The translations under genes and the position numbers were made by a program. From an uncultured Gemmatimonadota bacterium (GTDB lineage: Bacteria > Blakebacterota > Blakebacteria > Blakebacterales > Blakebacteraceae), in assembly GCA_964637695.1 (NCBI GenBank), contig CAZWVF010000001.1, positions 7,445 to 71,444 on the forward strand: a DNA stretch of 64,000 nt. The letters are read 5' to 3'. The first letter of the stretch is position 1. Each line of letters begins with the position of its first letter. Shown here in pieces: positions 29,724 to 38,365 of the stretch. The notes beneath the pieces are model-generated. The model saw only the letters and a list, made by a program, of their open reading frames with translations, was not told the origin of the DNA and ran no database searches.

Positions 29724-30286
29724 AGAGTGATATAAAAAGAGCAATCTCAACCACCATCCTGGGCATAGCCCGGGACGGAAAGGCCGCCCTGGGAGGTGAC
29801 GGCCAGGTCACATTCAACGACACCATCGTCAAGCACGGGAGTACAAAGATCAGGCGGCTGCACGACGATACGGTCCTGACGGGATTTGCGGGGGCGGCGG
29901 CAGACGCCCTGACCCTCTTCGAGAGATTCGAAGAGAAACTGGATGCGCACAAGGGGAACCTGCGGAAAGCTGTGGTGGAACTAGCAAAAGACTGGCGGAC
30001 CGACCGCTTCCTGCGCAGGCTCGAAGCTCTTCTGGTCTGCCTCGATACCGAACATTCATTTGTGATCTCCGGGACGGGCGACATTATCGAACCGGACGAC
30101 GGGATCGTGTCCATCGGTTCAGGAGGGGGGTATGCGCTTGCAGCATCAAGGGCATACCTGGCGGCCGATCCGGAGATGGAACTCAAGGATGTAGTCGAGC
30201 AGTCACTGCTGATCGCATCGCGCATCTGTCCCTATACGAACGATCAGATTTCACTGATGACCCTCCCCGACCAGGAATTGAAATGA
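29720..30286 (+). CDS. hslV: ATP-dependent protease subunit HslV (ClpQ)
   Basis: [10 protein letters not shown]...GDGQVT...GSGGGYA motifs. Ten residues ([10 protein letters not shown]) precede the catalytic Thr. Start overlaps the xerC stop. Confidence 0.9.
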   Translation: MKSDIKRAISTTILGIARDGKAALGGDGQVTFNDTIVKHGSTKIRRLHDDTVLTGFAGAAADALTLFERFEEKLDAHKGNLRKAVVELAKDWRTDRFLRRLEALLVCLDTEHSFVISGTGDIIEPDDGIVSIGSGGGYALAASRAYLAADPEMELKDVVEQSLLIASRICPYTNDQISLMTLPDQELK

Positions 30287-31689
30287 CAGATAAGAGGCAA
30301 TCGTCGGAGGAGCTGACTCCGGGGCAGATCGTTGAACAGCTGAACAGATACGTAATCGGGCAGGACGACGCCAAACGAGCCGTTGCCATCGCGCTGCGAA
30401 ACCGCTGGCGCAGGCTTCAGGTTCCTGAAGAACTGCGGGAAGAGATAGTACCAAACAACATCATCCTGATCGGACCGACAGGTGTAGGCAAAACAGAGAT
30501 ATCCCGGCGCCTCGCATCGCTTGCGAGGGCTCCCTTCATAAAGGTGGAGGCGAGCAAGTTCACCGAAGTAGGCTATGTGGGACGCGATGTCGAATCGATC
30601 ATCCGCGACCTGGTCGACCTGGCCGTCAGCATGGTGAAGTCGGAATTCCTGGAGGAGGTGCAGGAACCGGCCCTGCGCAACGCCGACGAGAGGATCCTCG
30701 ATCTGCTCCTGCCGCGTCCCTCCAGACAATTCCCCGTGCAGCCGGCTCCTGCTGCCGGCGAGCCCCTGGAGGAGGACGGTCGGGAGAGGGAGGAATCGTG
30801 GGAGAGAACCAGGGAGAAGCTGCACAGCCAGCTGGCGGCAGGAACGCTGGACGAAAGGGAGGTAGAGGTTGACATGCCCGCCGACCAGCACCCCATGATC
30901 TCGGTGCTGGGTCCTGTGGGCCTGGAGGAGATGGGTGTCAACCTCTCCGAGCTCTTCTCAGGATTGATGCCGCAGAAGAGCAAGAAGCGCCGGGCAAAGG
31001 TGAGTGAGGCCAGGAAGATCCTGCAGCAGGAAGAGGCTTCCAAGCTGATAGATATGGACAAGGTGATCACCGAGGCGCTGAAACGGGTCGAGCAGAACGG
31101 GATAGTATTCCTCGACGAACTGGACAAGGTGGCCGGCGACAGGGGCGGTTCCGACTTCCACGGACCCGATGTGAGCCGCGAGGGTGTGCAGCGCGACCTG
31201 CTGCCGATAGTGGAGGGGAGCACAGTGACCACTAAATACGGGATGGTCAAAACCGATCACATTCTCTTCATAGCCGCCGGGGCCTTCCACGTCTCGAAAC
31301 CGAGCGACCTGATACCTGAGATGCAGGGTCGCTTCCCGATACGCGTGGAACTCTCCAGCCTGACCACGGCCGATTTCATCCGGATACTGACAGAGCCCGA
31401 GAACGCCCTTATAAAGCAGTACACTGCACTGCTGGCCACCGAGGGGGTGACGCTCGATTTCGAGGTGGGTGCGATAGATGAGATCGCCAGGGCGGCCAGC
31501 CTTGCAAACGAGCGGGCAGAGGATATCGGTGCCAGGCGCCTGCATACGATACTGACACTCCTGCTCGAGAATATACTCTTCGACGTTCCCGAGAGCGGAA
31601 AGAAAAGGTACTCCATAACACCGGAAGATGTTGGAGAGAGGCTCGAGGATATCATCGCCGACGAGGATCTGAGCCGCTACATACTGTAA
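30283..31689 (+). CDS. hslU: ATP-dependent protease ATPase subunit HslU (ClpY)
   Basis: 468-aa AAA+ protein with Walker [16 protein letters not shown] and an HslU I-domain. Confidence 0.95.
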   Translation: MTDKRQSSEELTPGQIVEQLNRYVIGQDDAKRAVAIALRNRWRRLQVPEELREEIVPNNIILIGPTGVGKTEISRRLASLARAPFIKVEASKFTEVGYVGRDVESIIRDLVDLAVSMVKSEFLEEVQEPALRNADERILDLLLPRPSRQFPVQPAPAAGEPLEEDGREREESWERTREKLHSQLAAGTLDEREVEVDMPADQHPMISVLGPVGLEEMGVNLSELFSGLMPQKSKKRRAKVSEARKILQQEEASKLIDMDKVITEALKRVEQNGIVFLDELDKVAGDRGGSDFHGPDVSREGVQRDLLPIVEGSTVTTKYGMVKTDHILFIAAGAFHVSKPSDLIPEMQGRFPIRVELSSLTTADFIRILTEPENALIKQYTALLATEGVTLDFEVGAIDEIARAASLANERAEDIGARRLHTILTLLLENILFDVPESGKKRYSITPEDVGERLEDIIADEDLSRYIL

Positions 31690-31728
31690 AAGCGGCTTTC
31701 ATGAATCGAGCATTACAGATACCGCTGC

Positions 31729-32661
31729 TTGAAAGAGGACCGCAAGATGGCTGACCGCAAAGACTTCCTGGACATCTCCGATCATTCACGCGAGGAGCTG
31801 CTGCATTCTCTTGATGAAGCGGAAAGGATCAAGAAGGATCTGAAAGCGGGCAGGGGGTGTGACGCGCTGGCCGGAAAGACCCTGGCGATGGTCTTCCAGA
31901 AGCCGTCGGCGCGGACCCGGGTATCCTTTGAAGTGGGCATGTACCAGCTGGGCGGTTATGCGCTCTACCTGGCGCCTGCCGACATCGGACTGGGCAAAAG
32001 GGAATCGGTGGCCGATATAGCCAGGGTACTGGCCCGCTACAACGACGGCATCATGGCCAGGGTCTTTGCCCACGATGATGTGCTGCAGCTCGCACGGTTT
32101 TCTGACGTGCCTGTCATAAACGGGCTCTCCGACCTTCTGCATCCCTGTCAGCTGATGGCGGACCTTCTGACCATCAGGGAACACAAGGGAAGGATTGAGG
32201 GCTTGAAGGTGGCCTTTGTCGGAGATGGCAACAACCTGTGCAACTCGTGGCTCAACGCCGCATTACGGCTCGAATTCACTCTCTCTATTGCAGTCCCCGA
32301 AGGGTATCATCCCGACAGGGAGATCTTCGAAGGAGCGACGGCCGCCAATCCTGATATATCGGTTACCCACGCACCTTCAGAAGCGGTCGAAGAAGCAGAT
32401 GTTATCTATACCGATACCTGGACCAGCATGGGTCAGGAAGAGGAGGCTGTAAAGCGGAGAGAAAACTTTACCGGTTTCACCATAGATGAGGAACTGGTGA
32501 GCAGGGCGGCCTCGGACGTGATAGTGATGCACTGCCTGCCTGCCCACCGGGGTGAGGAGATCACCGACGCGGTAATCGATGGTCCCCACTCTGTGGTATT
32601 CGATGAGGCGGAGAACAGGCTTCACGCACAGAAGGCTATCCTGGTCGAACTCATGGGTTGA
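31729..32661 (+). CDS. argF: Ornithine carbamoyltransferase
   Basis: STRTRVSFE carbamoyl-phosphate motif, HPCQ, and the C-terminal HCLPAHRGEE motif typical of OTCase. Start is probably at MADRK (31747). Confidence 0.85.
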   Translation: MKEDRKMADRKDFLDISDHSREELLHSLDEAERIKKDLKAGRGCDALAGKTLAMVFQKPSARTRVSFEVGMYQLGGYALYLAPADIGLGKRESVADIARVLARYNDGIMARVFAHDDVLQLARFSDVPVINGLSDLLHPCQLMADLLTIREHKGRIEGLKVAFVGDGNNLCNSWLNAALRLEFTLSIAVPEGYHPDREIFEGATAANPDISVTHAPSEAVEEADVIYTDTWTSMGQEEEAVKRRENFTGFTIDEELVSRAASDVIVMHCLPAHRGEEITDAVIDGPHSVVFDEAENRLHAQKAILVELMG

Positions 32662-32717
32662 GGGTTGATTTTCCTGACCCGGCGTAAAATTCTTGTTTCC
32701 ACCCTGGAAACACACCA

Positions 32718-32790
32718 GTTCCCATCCGGAGATTGCTCGCCGGCAACAGCCGGACTCGCGGTCCACAGAACAGACTCCGGATGGGAACTA
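32718..32790. terminator. Long hairpin (15-bp perfect stem, 43-nt loop) between convergent argF and the OMP gene; a second small hairpin lies at 32695-32711
   Basis: AGTTCCCATCCGGAG ... CTCCGGATGGGAACT seen in sequence. Also GTTTCCA-CCC-TGGAAAC at 32695-32711. Neither hairpin is followed by a clear U-run. Confidence 0.3.
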
Positions 32791-32806
32791 TCTTTGCTGA
32801 TACTGT

Positions 32807-33610
32807 TTAAAAGAGATCGATCACTATTCCCAGCAGGAAATCCACACCCGACCAGTCGATCGTCAATGAATCGCCGGTAACCGAGTTGGTCAGTTTGTCG
32901 CCGGCCTCATCGGTGGGATCTCCCACGTCACCCAGTCGCATGCGGACCGATCCCGCCAGGCTCAGGGGACCGCCCAGATCGTAAATGCCCGTCCACGAAA
33001 AGAGGGCTCCCACCCCCGTTGCGGTTCCCTCCTGATCGATCATGGCCAGAGATCCCATGCCCGCGGCCAGTGACAGTTTCGAGGCGGGGAAGAGAACGGC
33101 GGCGGCACCGACGTGGTAGGAGAGCTTCTCTGTGAACTGGAAGGAGCGTTCGATTCCCGCATGGAGAGGCCACCCCTCAGCGCTGTAATAGAGGAAACTC
33201 TCCACCGGCCCCGATCCCGGGTCGAATGTGAAGTCGATGCGGGAGTTATCCGCCACTCTCTCCATGCCTGCAAAGATGCTCCAATCGGGGCCGAGGCGAT
33301 ATCTGACCTCAATCCCGAAAGTCAATCCGTCGGTCAACTGATTGAGACCCTTATCGAGTCCGGCACCGCCGTCGTTGACGGGAGTTGTGAGCAGCATGTT
33401 GTCGACCCGGATCATATTGTTGACAGATCTCTGGGAAAAGGATGCCCAGCCTCCGAAGAGGGAGATGCTCAACCTGCCGCCACCGGAAGCAACTCCCTTC
33501 GCAGCGGCTGTCGACGCTGACTGTGCACGGATCTCTCCGCCGTGGATCAGCACTGTGGCGGTCAGAGGGATCAGAAGCAGTCGTAAACCTGGATGCAGGC
33601 GCATCAGCAT
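32807..33610 (-). CDS. Outer membrane beta-barrel protein (hypothetical)
   Basis: 267-aa ORF with a signal peptide, alternating amphipathic beta-strand pattern rich in G/S/T/Y, and a C-terminal Phe. Confidence 0.55.
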   Translation of the reverse strand: MLMRLHPGLRLLLIPLTATVLIHGGEIRAQSASTAAAKGVASGGGRLSISLFGGWASFSQRSVNNMIRVDNMLLTTPVNDGGAGLDKGLNQLTDGLTFGIEVRYRLGPDWSIFAGMERVADNSRIDFTFDPGSGPVESFLYYSAEGWPLHAGIERSFQFTEKLSYHVGAAAVLFPASKLSLAAGMGSLAMIDQEGTATGVGALFSWTGIYDLGGPLSLAGSVRMRLGDVGDPTDEAGDKLTNSVTGDSLTIDWSGVDFLLGIVIDLF

Positions 33611-33728
33611 GGCGGTGCCGTACCTTTCAGTATCCCCGATTGAAAACTCTCAGTGCCCTGTCACGCAACAACCGTGGCATTCGAGCGGCGCCGAATCCCG
33701 ACCGGCTGCGTTCCGCCTCCTCGCCCAA

Positions 33729-33907
33729 GGAGCCTGCCGGAGAAACGCTCCGGCTGCGGATTGCGCTGGCATCCGGCTGGCGGCGTTGGTTTTCACAGAA
33801 GGTCCTCGACGTAGCACAGCGGCTACGTCTCCGGGTCTTCCGCTCAACCGCCTGGCCATCCTGCACCAGCGCAACCCTCGCTATCGTCGGATTCTCCGGC
33901 AGGCTCC
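33729..33907 (+). repeat. Structured ~180-bp intergenic repeat element, copy 1
   Basis: ~80% identical to 38146-38324. It has a 16-bp terminal inverted repeat (GGAGCCTGCCGGAGAA / TTCTCCGGCAGGCTCC), inner helices TTGCGCTGG/CCAGCGCAA and GAAGGTCC/GGGTCTTC, and an apical hairpin GACGTAGC-ACAGCG-GCTACGTC. Noncoding. Confidence 0.7.
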
Positions 33908-33992
33908 TGGACACCGCTATGCCTCGTCGCCGCGCCTTGCAGGCCGGACCCGGCATCACTCTCGGTGCCGACATTTGTCACGTGACATGACA

Positions 33993-34865
33993 CTAACGGA
34001 TCTTTCTCAGAAGTTCGCCGGCTTCTTCCTTGTACCGGGCATCTTCAAAGAATACGGCCGGCAGACGACCAACAGCCTCGAATTCCTGGCGGGCCATGCT
34101 GTCCTGGTCCATCTCCAGGTAGGTTTTACCCAGCTCGAGGTGATGGTTGATGTTGTCCGGCTCAACCTGGAGTGCCCGCAGAAAGAGGCTTACCGATTCT
34201 GTATTGGATGCAGGAGGCAGTCCGCCGAAAATGATCTTCGCAACAGCTTTGAGGGCCCAGGAGAGGTTGGCTACCTCCCTGTGCCAGCGGGCCAGCCCAT
34301 GCAGGGAACCGGGATGCCGGGGATCGATCGAGAGTGACTTTTCAAAGACCTCCTTGATCTCCTTCGACATGTTCACCTTCTTCTTGCCGCCGCGATGCAG
34401 TGCGAGCCTGCCGAGGGCCTGCCCGAGCTGGAAATGGCCCTCTGCATCTGCAGGATTGGCTGCGACGGCCCGACGTGCGAAGGCGACCGCCTCTTCGTAC
34501 ATCGGTTCCTGCTCCTTTTTATCCAGGCTGCGGGCGCGCCCTGTAATGTTATCCGACATGAGACAGAGCAGAACGTAATTATCGGGATCGGCGTTGAGAG
34601 CGGGTCTGATAAGGTCAACCGCCGCAGCATACTCTCCGGCTATGTTGAGTTCATCAACGCGGGCCTGCAGTTGAGAAATGTCCTGCTGGGCACTGGCCGG
34701 AACAGGTGCAAGGATGAGCACCGCAAATGAGAATGCCAGGACATATTCTGCACTTTTATACAAACGAAAACTGGACAAGTGCGTCTTCTCCTTTAGAAGG
34801 GGATTGGTGTCAGGGGTTGTGTGGATGGTAAGCGCCCGGAGCGATTCTGGCAAGCACCTGCTCAT
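33993..34865 (-). CDS. TPR-repeat protein with signal peptide (hypothetical)
   Basis: 290-aa ORF with a hydrophobic signal segment (VLAFSFAVLILAPVPASAQQ) followed by tetratricopeptide-like helical repeats. The true start is possibly a TTG downstream of the annotated ATG. Confidence 0.5.
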   Translation of the reverse strand: MSRCLPESLRALTIHTTPDTNPLLKEKTHLSSFRLYKSAEYVLAFSFAVLILAPVPASAQQDISQLQARVDELNIAGEYAAAVDLIRPALNADPDNYVLLCLMSDNITGRARSLDKKEQEPMYEEAVAFARRAVAANPADAEGHFQLGQALGRLALHRGGKKKVNMSKEIKEVFEKSLSIDPRHPGSLHGLARWHREVANLSWALKAVAKIIFGGLPPASNTESVSLFLRALQVEPDNINHHLELGKTYLEMDQDSMARQEFEAVGRLPAVFFEDARYKEEAGELLRKIR

Positions 34866-35042
34866 TCATGATGCAGGCAGTTGCGACATGGCTGATTGGC
34901 ATCTTGACACACAGGGATGCCAAACATACCATAGCGTCTGCTTTCGAACGAATACGAAATTCCGCACTCCCCGAACCAGAGCTCTCCCGCCGTCCGGGAG
35001 GGCAATGCCACAGGGCGGAGCATACTTCAGGAGGAGTAACAG

Positions 35043-35663
35043 ATGCTCGATCTTTTCTACGATGGCGGACCGTTCATGTACCCGCTGCTCATCACCCTAA
35101 TCTTCGGAATGGGAGTGATTTTTGAGCGTTTCTGGGCACTGGCACGGGCAAGCATCAACACCCGGAAATTCCTGCAGCAGATCAAGATCGCGTTGAGGGA
35201 AGAGGGTATTTCTACCGCACAGGAGATCTGTGCGAGCACGCGCGGTCCAGTTGCTTCGATTTTTCATGCAGGATTGATGCGGGTTGACCGCGGCCTCGAG
35301 CACGTCGAGAAGGCCATCGAGAACGCCGGTACGATCGAGATGTCCTTTCTCGAGAGGGGACTCGTCTGGCTGGCGACCGTCGCGAACATCGCACCGATGC
35401 TCGGGTTCCTTGGAACCGTTTCCGGTATGATCGGTGCGTTCGCTTCCATCGCGGCCGCCGGTGACGTTAACGCTACAATCGTTGCCAGCGGCATCTCCGA
35501 AGCGCTGATCACTACCGCCACCGGACTGGCCATCGCCATTCCCGTTCAGGCTGCGCACAACTACTTTGTATCGCGGATCGACAGGCTGATCATCGATATG
35601 GAGGAGAGCGCCAATGATCTGATCGATTACCTGATCGAAATGGAGATGGAGAAGACAGCATAG
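35043..35663 (+). CDS. exbB: MotA/TolQ/ExbB proton-channel protein
   Basis: 206-aa ORF with three TM helices and the conserved C-terminal motif (GFLGTVSGMIGAF...TATGL). Confidence 0.85.
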   Translation: MLDLFYDGGPFMYPLLITLIFGMGVIFERFWALARASINTRKFLQQIKIALREEGISTAQEICASTRGPVASIFHAGLMRVDRGLEHVEKAIENAGTIEMSFLERGLVWLATVANIAPMLGFLGTVSGMIGAFASIAAAGDVNATIVASGISEALITTATGLAIAIPVQAAHNYFVSRIDRLIIDMEESANDLIDYLIEMEMEKTA

Positions 35664-35687
35664 TGACAGGACACTAGGGAGCTAAAG

Positions 35688-36098
35688 ATGGCAGCAAAGA
35701 GAAAGAAGGAAAAAAGGGCGGAGCCGGAGATCCCGACTGCCTCCATGGCTGATATCGCCTTTCTACTTATCATCTTCTTCCTGGTGACCACCTCCTTCAA
35801 CCAGGAGATGGGTATTACTCTGACCCTGCCTCCCATCTCAGAAGCCGAGGAAGTACAGGTCAGGTCGAAGAACATTCTGAACATCTGGGTAAATGCCGCC
35901 GGAGAGGTGCTGCTGGCAGAAGAGATCGTATCTATCCAGCAGATAGAACCGGAGGTAAGGCGGCGCGTTCAGGAGAATCCTCTGCTGATCATATCCCTCA
36001 AGACCGACAGGGATACAGATTACGATACATTTGTTCAGGTTCTCGACAAGGTAATGAAGGCGGAAGCCAAGAAGATTTCACTCGCTGAACCAGATTGA
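35688..36098 (+). CDS. exbD: Biopolymer transport protein ExbD/TolR
   Basis: 136-aa ORF. N-terminal TM helix with the conserved Asp (MADIAFLLIIFFLVT) and a periplasmic domain. Confidence 0.85.
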   Translation: MAAKRKKEKRAEPEIPTASMADIAFLLIIFFLVTTSFNQEMGITLTLPPISEAEEVQVRSKNILNIWVNAAGEVLLAEEIVSIQQIEPEVRRRVQENPLLIISLKTDRDTDYDTFVQVLDKVMKAEAKKISLAEPD

Positions 36099-36104
36099 TA
36101 AGAT

Positions 36105-36515
36105 ATGCCCAAAATCGAAAAACAACAGAAAGCCGACGTGGCGATCCCGACGGGATCGATGGGTGACATCGTATTCCTGCTGTTGATCTTTTTCATGGTC
36201 ACTACTGTTTTCGTCGTCTACAGGGGGATCATGGTGGAGCGCCCTCGTGCTGAAATGACAAAGCGTCTGGAGATGAAGCGCGGTCTGGCATACATGTGGA
36301 TCTCGGCCGATGGCCGGATCAACATTGATGATCACGACGTCTCCGTGAATATGATCGCACAGTTCATCTATCCAAAGAGACTGGCGGAACCGAAACTGAT
36401 GGTTTCGATCATCGCCGACGTCCGTGCACCGTATGGAACCGTAGCGGACGCGATGCGTCAATTAAGAGAGGCTGACGCACTGCTTGTGAATTTTGCCACA
36501 CTTCACACCCGATAG
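36105..36515 (+). CDS. exbD: Biopolymer transport protein ExbD/TolR (second copy)
   Basis: 136-aa paralog of the first exbD (MGDIVFLLLIFFMVT). Confidence 0.85.
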   Translation: MPKIEKQQKADVAIPTGSMGDIVFLLLIFFMVTTVFVVYRGIMVERPRAEMTKRLEMKRGLAYMWISADGRINIDDHDVSVNMIAQFIYPKRLAEPKLMVSIIADVRAPYGTVADAMRQLREADALLVNFATLHTR

Positions 36516-36537
36516 TTTGTTCTGGAGGTGAACTCTC

Positions 36538-37200
36538 ATGGCTACCGGATGGCGTAATCCAAGTCACGACCTCAAGGAGAAGTCGAAGACCGTACTGGAA
36601 CAGTCGCTGACACTCAGCGTTGCCCTGGTAACAATGGTCTTCCTGACCTATCAGACCTTCGAGGTCCGTGCATACGAGGGATCGGGAGAGACCCAGATCG
36701 TGAATATCGAGGAGATCCCCGAGACCGAGCAGATGAAGAAGCCGCCGCCACCGCAGCGGCCCCAGATCCCGGTAGCGACCGAGTCGGAGGACATCCCGGA
36801 AGACGTGACCATCATGGACACAGAGGTCGACCTCAACGCGCCGCCGCCGCCGCCACCGCCACCTCCGGGAGCTTCCCGCAGTAATGAATCACCGGTATTC
36901 TTTGCATGGGAGGAAGCACCAGAACTGCGGAGGATCGTCAAGCCTGATTATCCTGAGATCGCCCGGAAAGCCGGTGTGGAAGGCAAAGTCATCATGAAAA
37001 TCATCGTGGATGAGCTGGGCAACGTCATCCAGGCCGAAATAATGATCGAAGAACCCCCCGGTATCTTCGGAAAGGCTGCAATTGACGCAGTAATGCAGTA
37101 CAAGTTCAAGCCTGCCAGGCAGAGGGATAAGGCGATCAAGGTACAGATGGGTCACACTATCATCTTCACACTGCAGGACACCAGACCGCCGCCCGGCTGA
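36538..37200 (+). CDS. tonB: Energy transducer TonB
   Basis: N-terminal TM helix, a proline-rich spacer (PPPPPPPPP) and a TonB C-terminal domain (YPEIARKAGVEGKVIMKIIVDELGNV). Confidence 0.8.
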   Translation: MATGWRNPSHDLKEKSKTVLEQSLTLSVALVTMVFLTYQTFEVRAYEGSGETQIVNIEEIPETEQMKKPPPPQRPQIPVATESEDIPEDVTIMDTEVDLNAPPPPPPPPPGASRSNESPVFFAWEEAPELRRIVKPDYPEIARKAGVEGKVIMKIIVDELGNVIQAEIMIEEPPGIFGKAAIDAVMQYKFKPARQRDKAIKVQMGHTIIFTLQDTRPPPG

Positions 37201-37233
37201 TACAGATAGAGAAATAGCAGGACTTTGGATAAT

Positions 37234-37271
37234 GGGGTGCCGGGGCTGTTTGGCCTGGCGCCCCCTTTTTC
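37234..37271 (+). terminator. Rho-independent terminator after tonB
   Basis: GGGGTGCCGGGG-CTGTTTGG-CCTGGCGCCCC followed by TTTTTT. ~11-bp GC-rich stem plus a U-tract. Confidence 0.7.
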
Positions 37272-37361
37272 GTATGTTGAACATTGCAGAACACGTTGAA
37301 CAATGGTCGGCGACTATTCGTATAGTAGGACAACAGGTCTCAAAACAACGGATACTTACTC

Positions 37362-38138
37362 ATGACAGAACAGGAAGAGACCGGATCGATTGAATCCCCC
37401 GTGCCCGAAGAATCTGGAGCCGGAATCGCAGAATCGGTCAGTTTCGTTCAGCAGGTTATCCTCGTTTTCACGGATCCTGCGAGCGTGTTTGAAAAGCTGG
37501 TGGCACATCCCAGGTGGATCGGGGCATTTCTGCTTGTGATGGTTGTTTCGATAGCCGGAACGCAGGCCTCCTATCCATTGATGATGGATATGCAGAGGAA
37601 GATGGCTGAGCGGAACATCGAGAACCGGCAGCTCACTCCTGAGCAGGAAGAGATGGCTTTGCAGCGGTTCTCACGGGCCGCAACGCCTGCGACACGCATC
37701 GTAACGGTGGTCTTCCAGGCATTAGGTCAGCTGATCTGGCTCGTTATAATGGCCGGCATCCTGATGTTCGGCGGGAATATCCTCCTGGGTGGAGAGTCGA
37801 CCTTCAAGACTGTGATGGCGATTGCGGCGTACTCGTGGCTTGTGCTGATCCCCAAGGTTCTGCTCACCGTGCCGTTGATGCTCGCCAAGGGGAGTGCGGC
37901 CGTCTCCACCAGCCTTCAGATACTGATACCCTCAGACCGGTGGATGACACCACTGGGCGCAGCCCTGGGTGCAGTTGACCTTTTCTCAATCTGGATGATC
38001 GCTCTCGTTATAACGGGCATCTCGATCGCCTACAGGTTCAGCCGGGCCAGAGCTGCAATACTGGTGATCAGCCTCTACCTGCTGATGGTGCTCGTCGGTA
38101 TCGGGCTGATGGCCGTTTTCGGCAGCATGATGGTATAA
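37362..38138 (+). CDS. Yip1-domain integral membrane protein
   Basis: 258-aa ORF with a hydrophilic N-terminus followed by five TM helices, consistent with the Yip1-family fold. Confidence 0.55.
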   Translation: MTEQEETGSIESPVPEESGAGIAESVSFVQQVILVFTDPASVFEKLVAHPRWIGAFLLVMVVSIAGTQASYPLMMDMQRKMAERNIENRQLTPEQEEMALQRFSRAATPATRIVTVVFQALGQLIWLVIMAGILMFGGNILLGGESTFKTVMAIAAYSWLVLIPKVLLTVPLMLAKGSAAVSTSLQILIPSDRWMTPLGAALGAVDLFSIWMIALVITGISIAYRFSRARAAILVISLYLLMVLVGIGLMAVFGSMMV

Positions 38139-38145
38139 GCACATA

Positions 38146-38324
38146 TGAGCCTGTCCGAGAAACACTCCGGCTGCGGCCTACGCTGGCATCCAGCTGGCGG
38201 CGTTGGTCTTCGCAGAATATCCTCGACGTAGCGCAGTGGCTACGTCTCCGGGTATTCCGCTCGACCGCCTTGCCATCCGGCGCCGGCGTAATCCTCGCTA
38301 TCGTTGGTTTCTCGGACAGGCTCA
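38146..38324 (+). repeat. Structured ~180-bp intergenic repeat element, copy 2
   Basis: 18-bp perfect terminal inverted repeat (TGAGCCTGTCCGAGAAAC / GTTTCTCGGACAGGCTCA). Inner helices TACGCTGG/CCGGCGTA and GAATATCC/GGGTATTC, and an apical hairpin GACGTAGC-GCAGTG-GCTACGTC. It starts 7 nt after the yip1 stop and ends 41 nt before the TolC-like gene start. Confidence 0.7.
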
Positions 38325-38365
38325 TACTGCAGAAAGAGGAAAATAAAATCTTCAGGAGCAACAAA

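Noticed and set aside
33627-33974. Track ORFs 33627..33974(-) and 38068..38475(-) with similar peptides (PTIAR...AVERKTRRRS...CATSR)
   Set aside because: Their similarity is caused by the ~180-bp repeat they span. They overlap real genes or intergenic structure and have no coding signal. Treated as noncoding repeat sequence.
38270-38365. Track start of the TolC-like gene at 38270
   Set aside because: That start lies inside the structured repeat. A start at 38366 gives a proper signal peptide and an AGGAG RBS.
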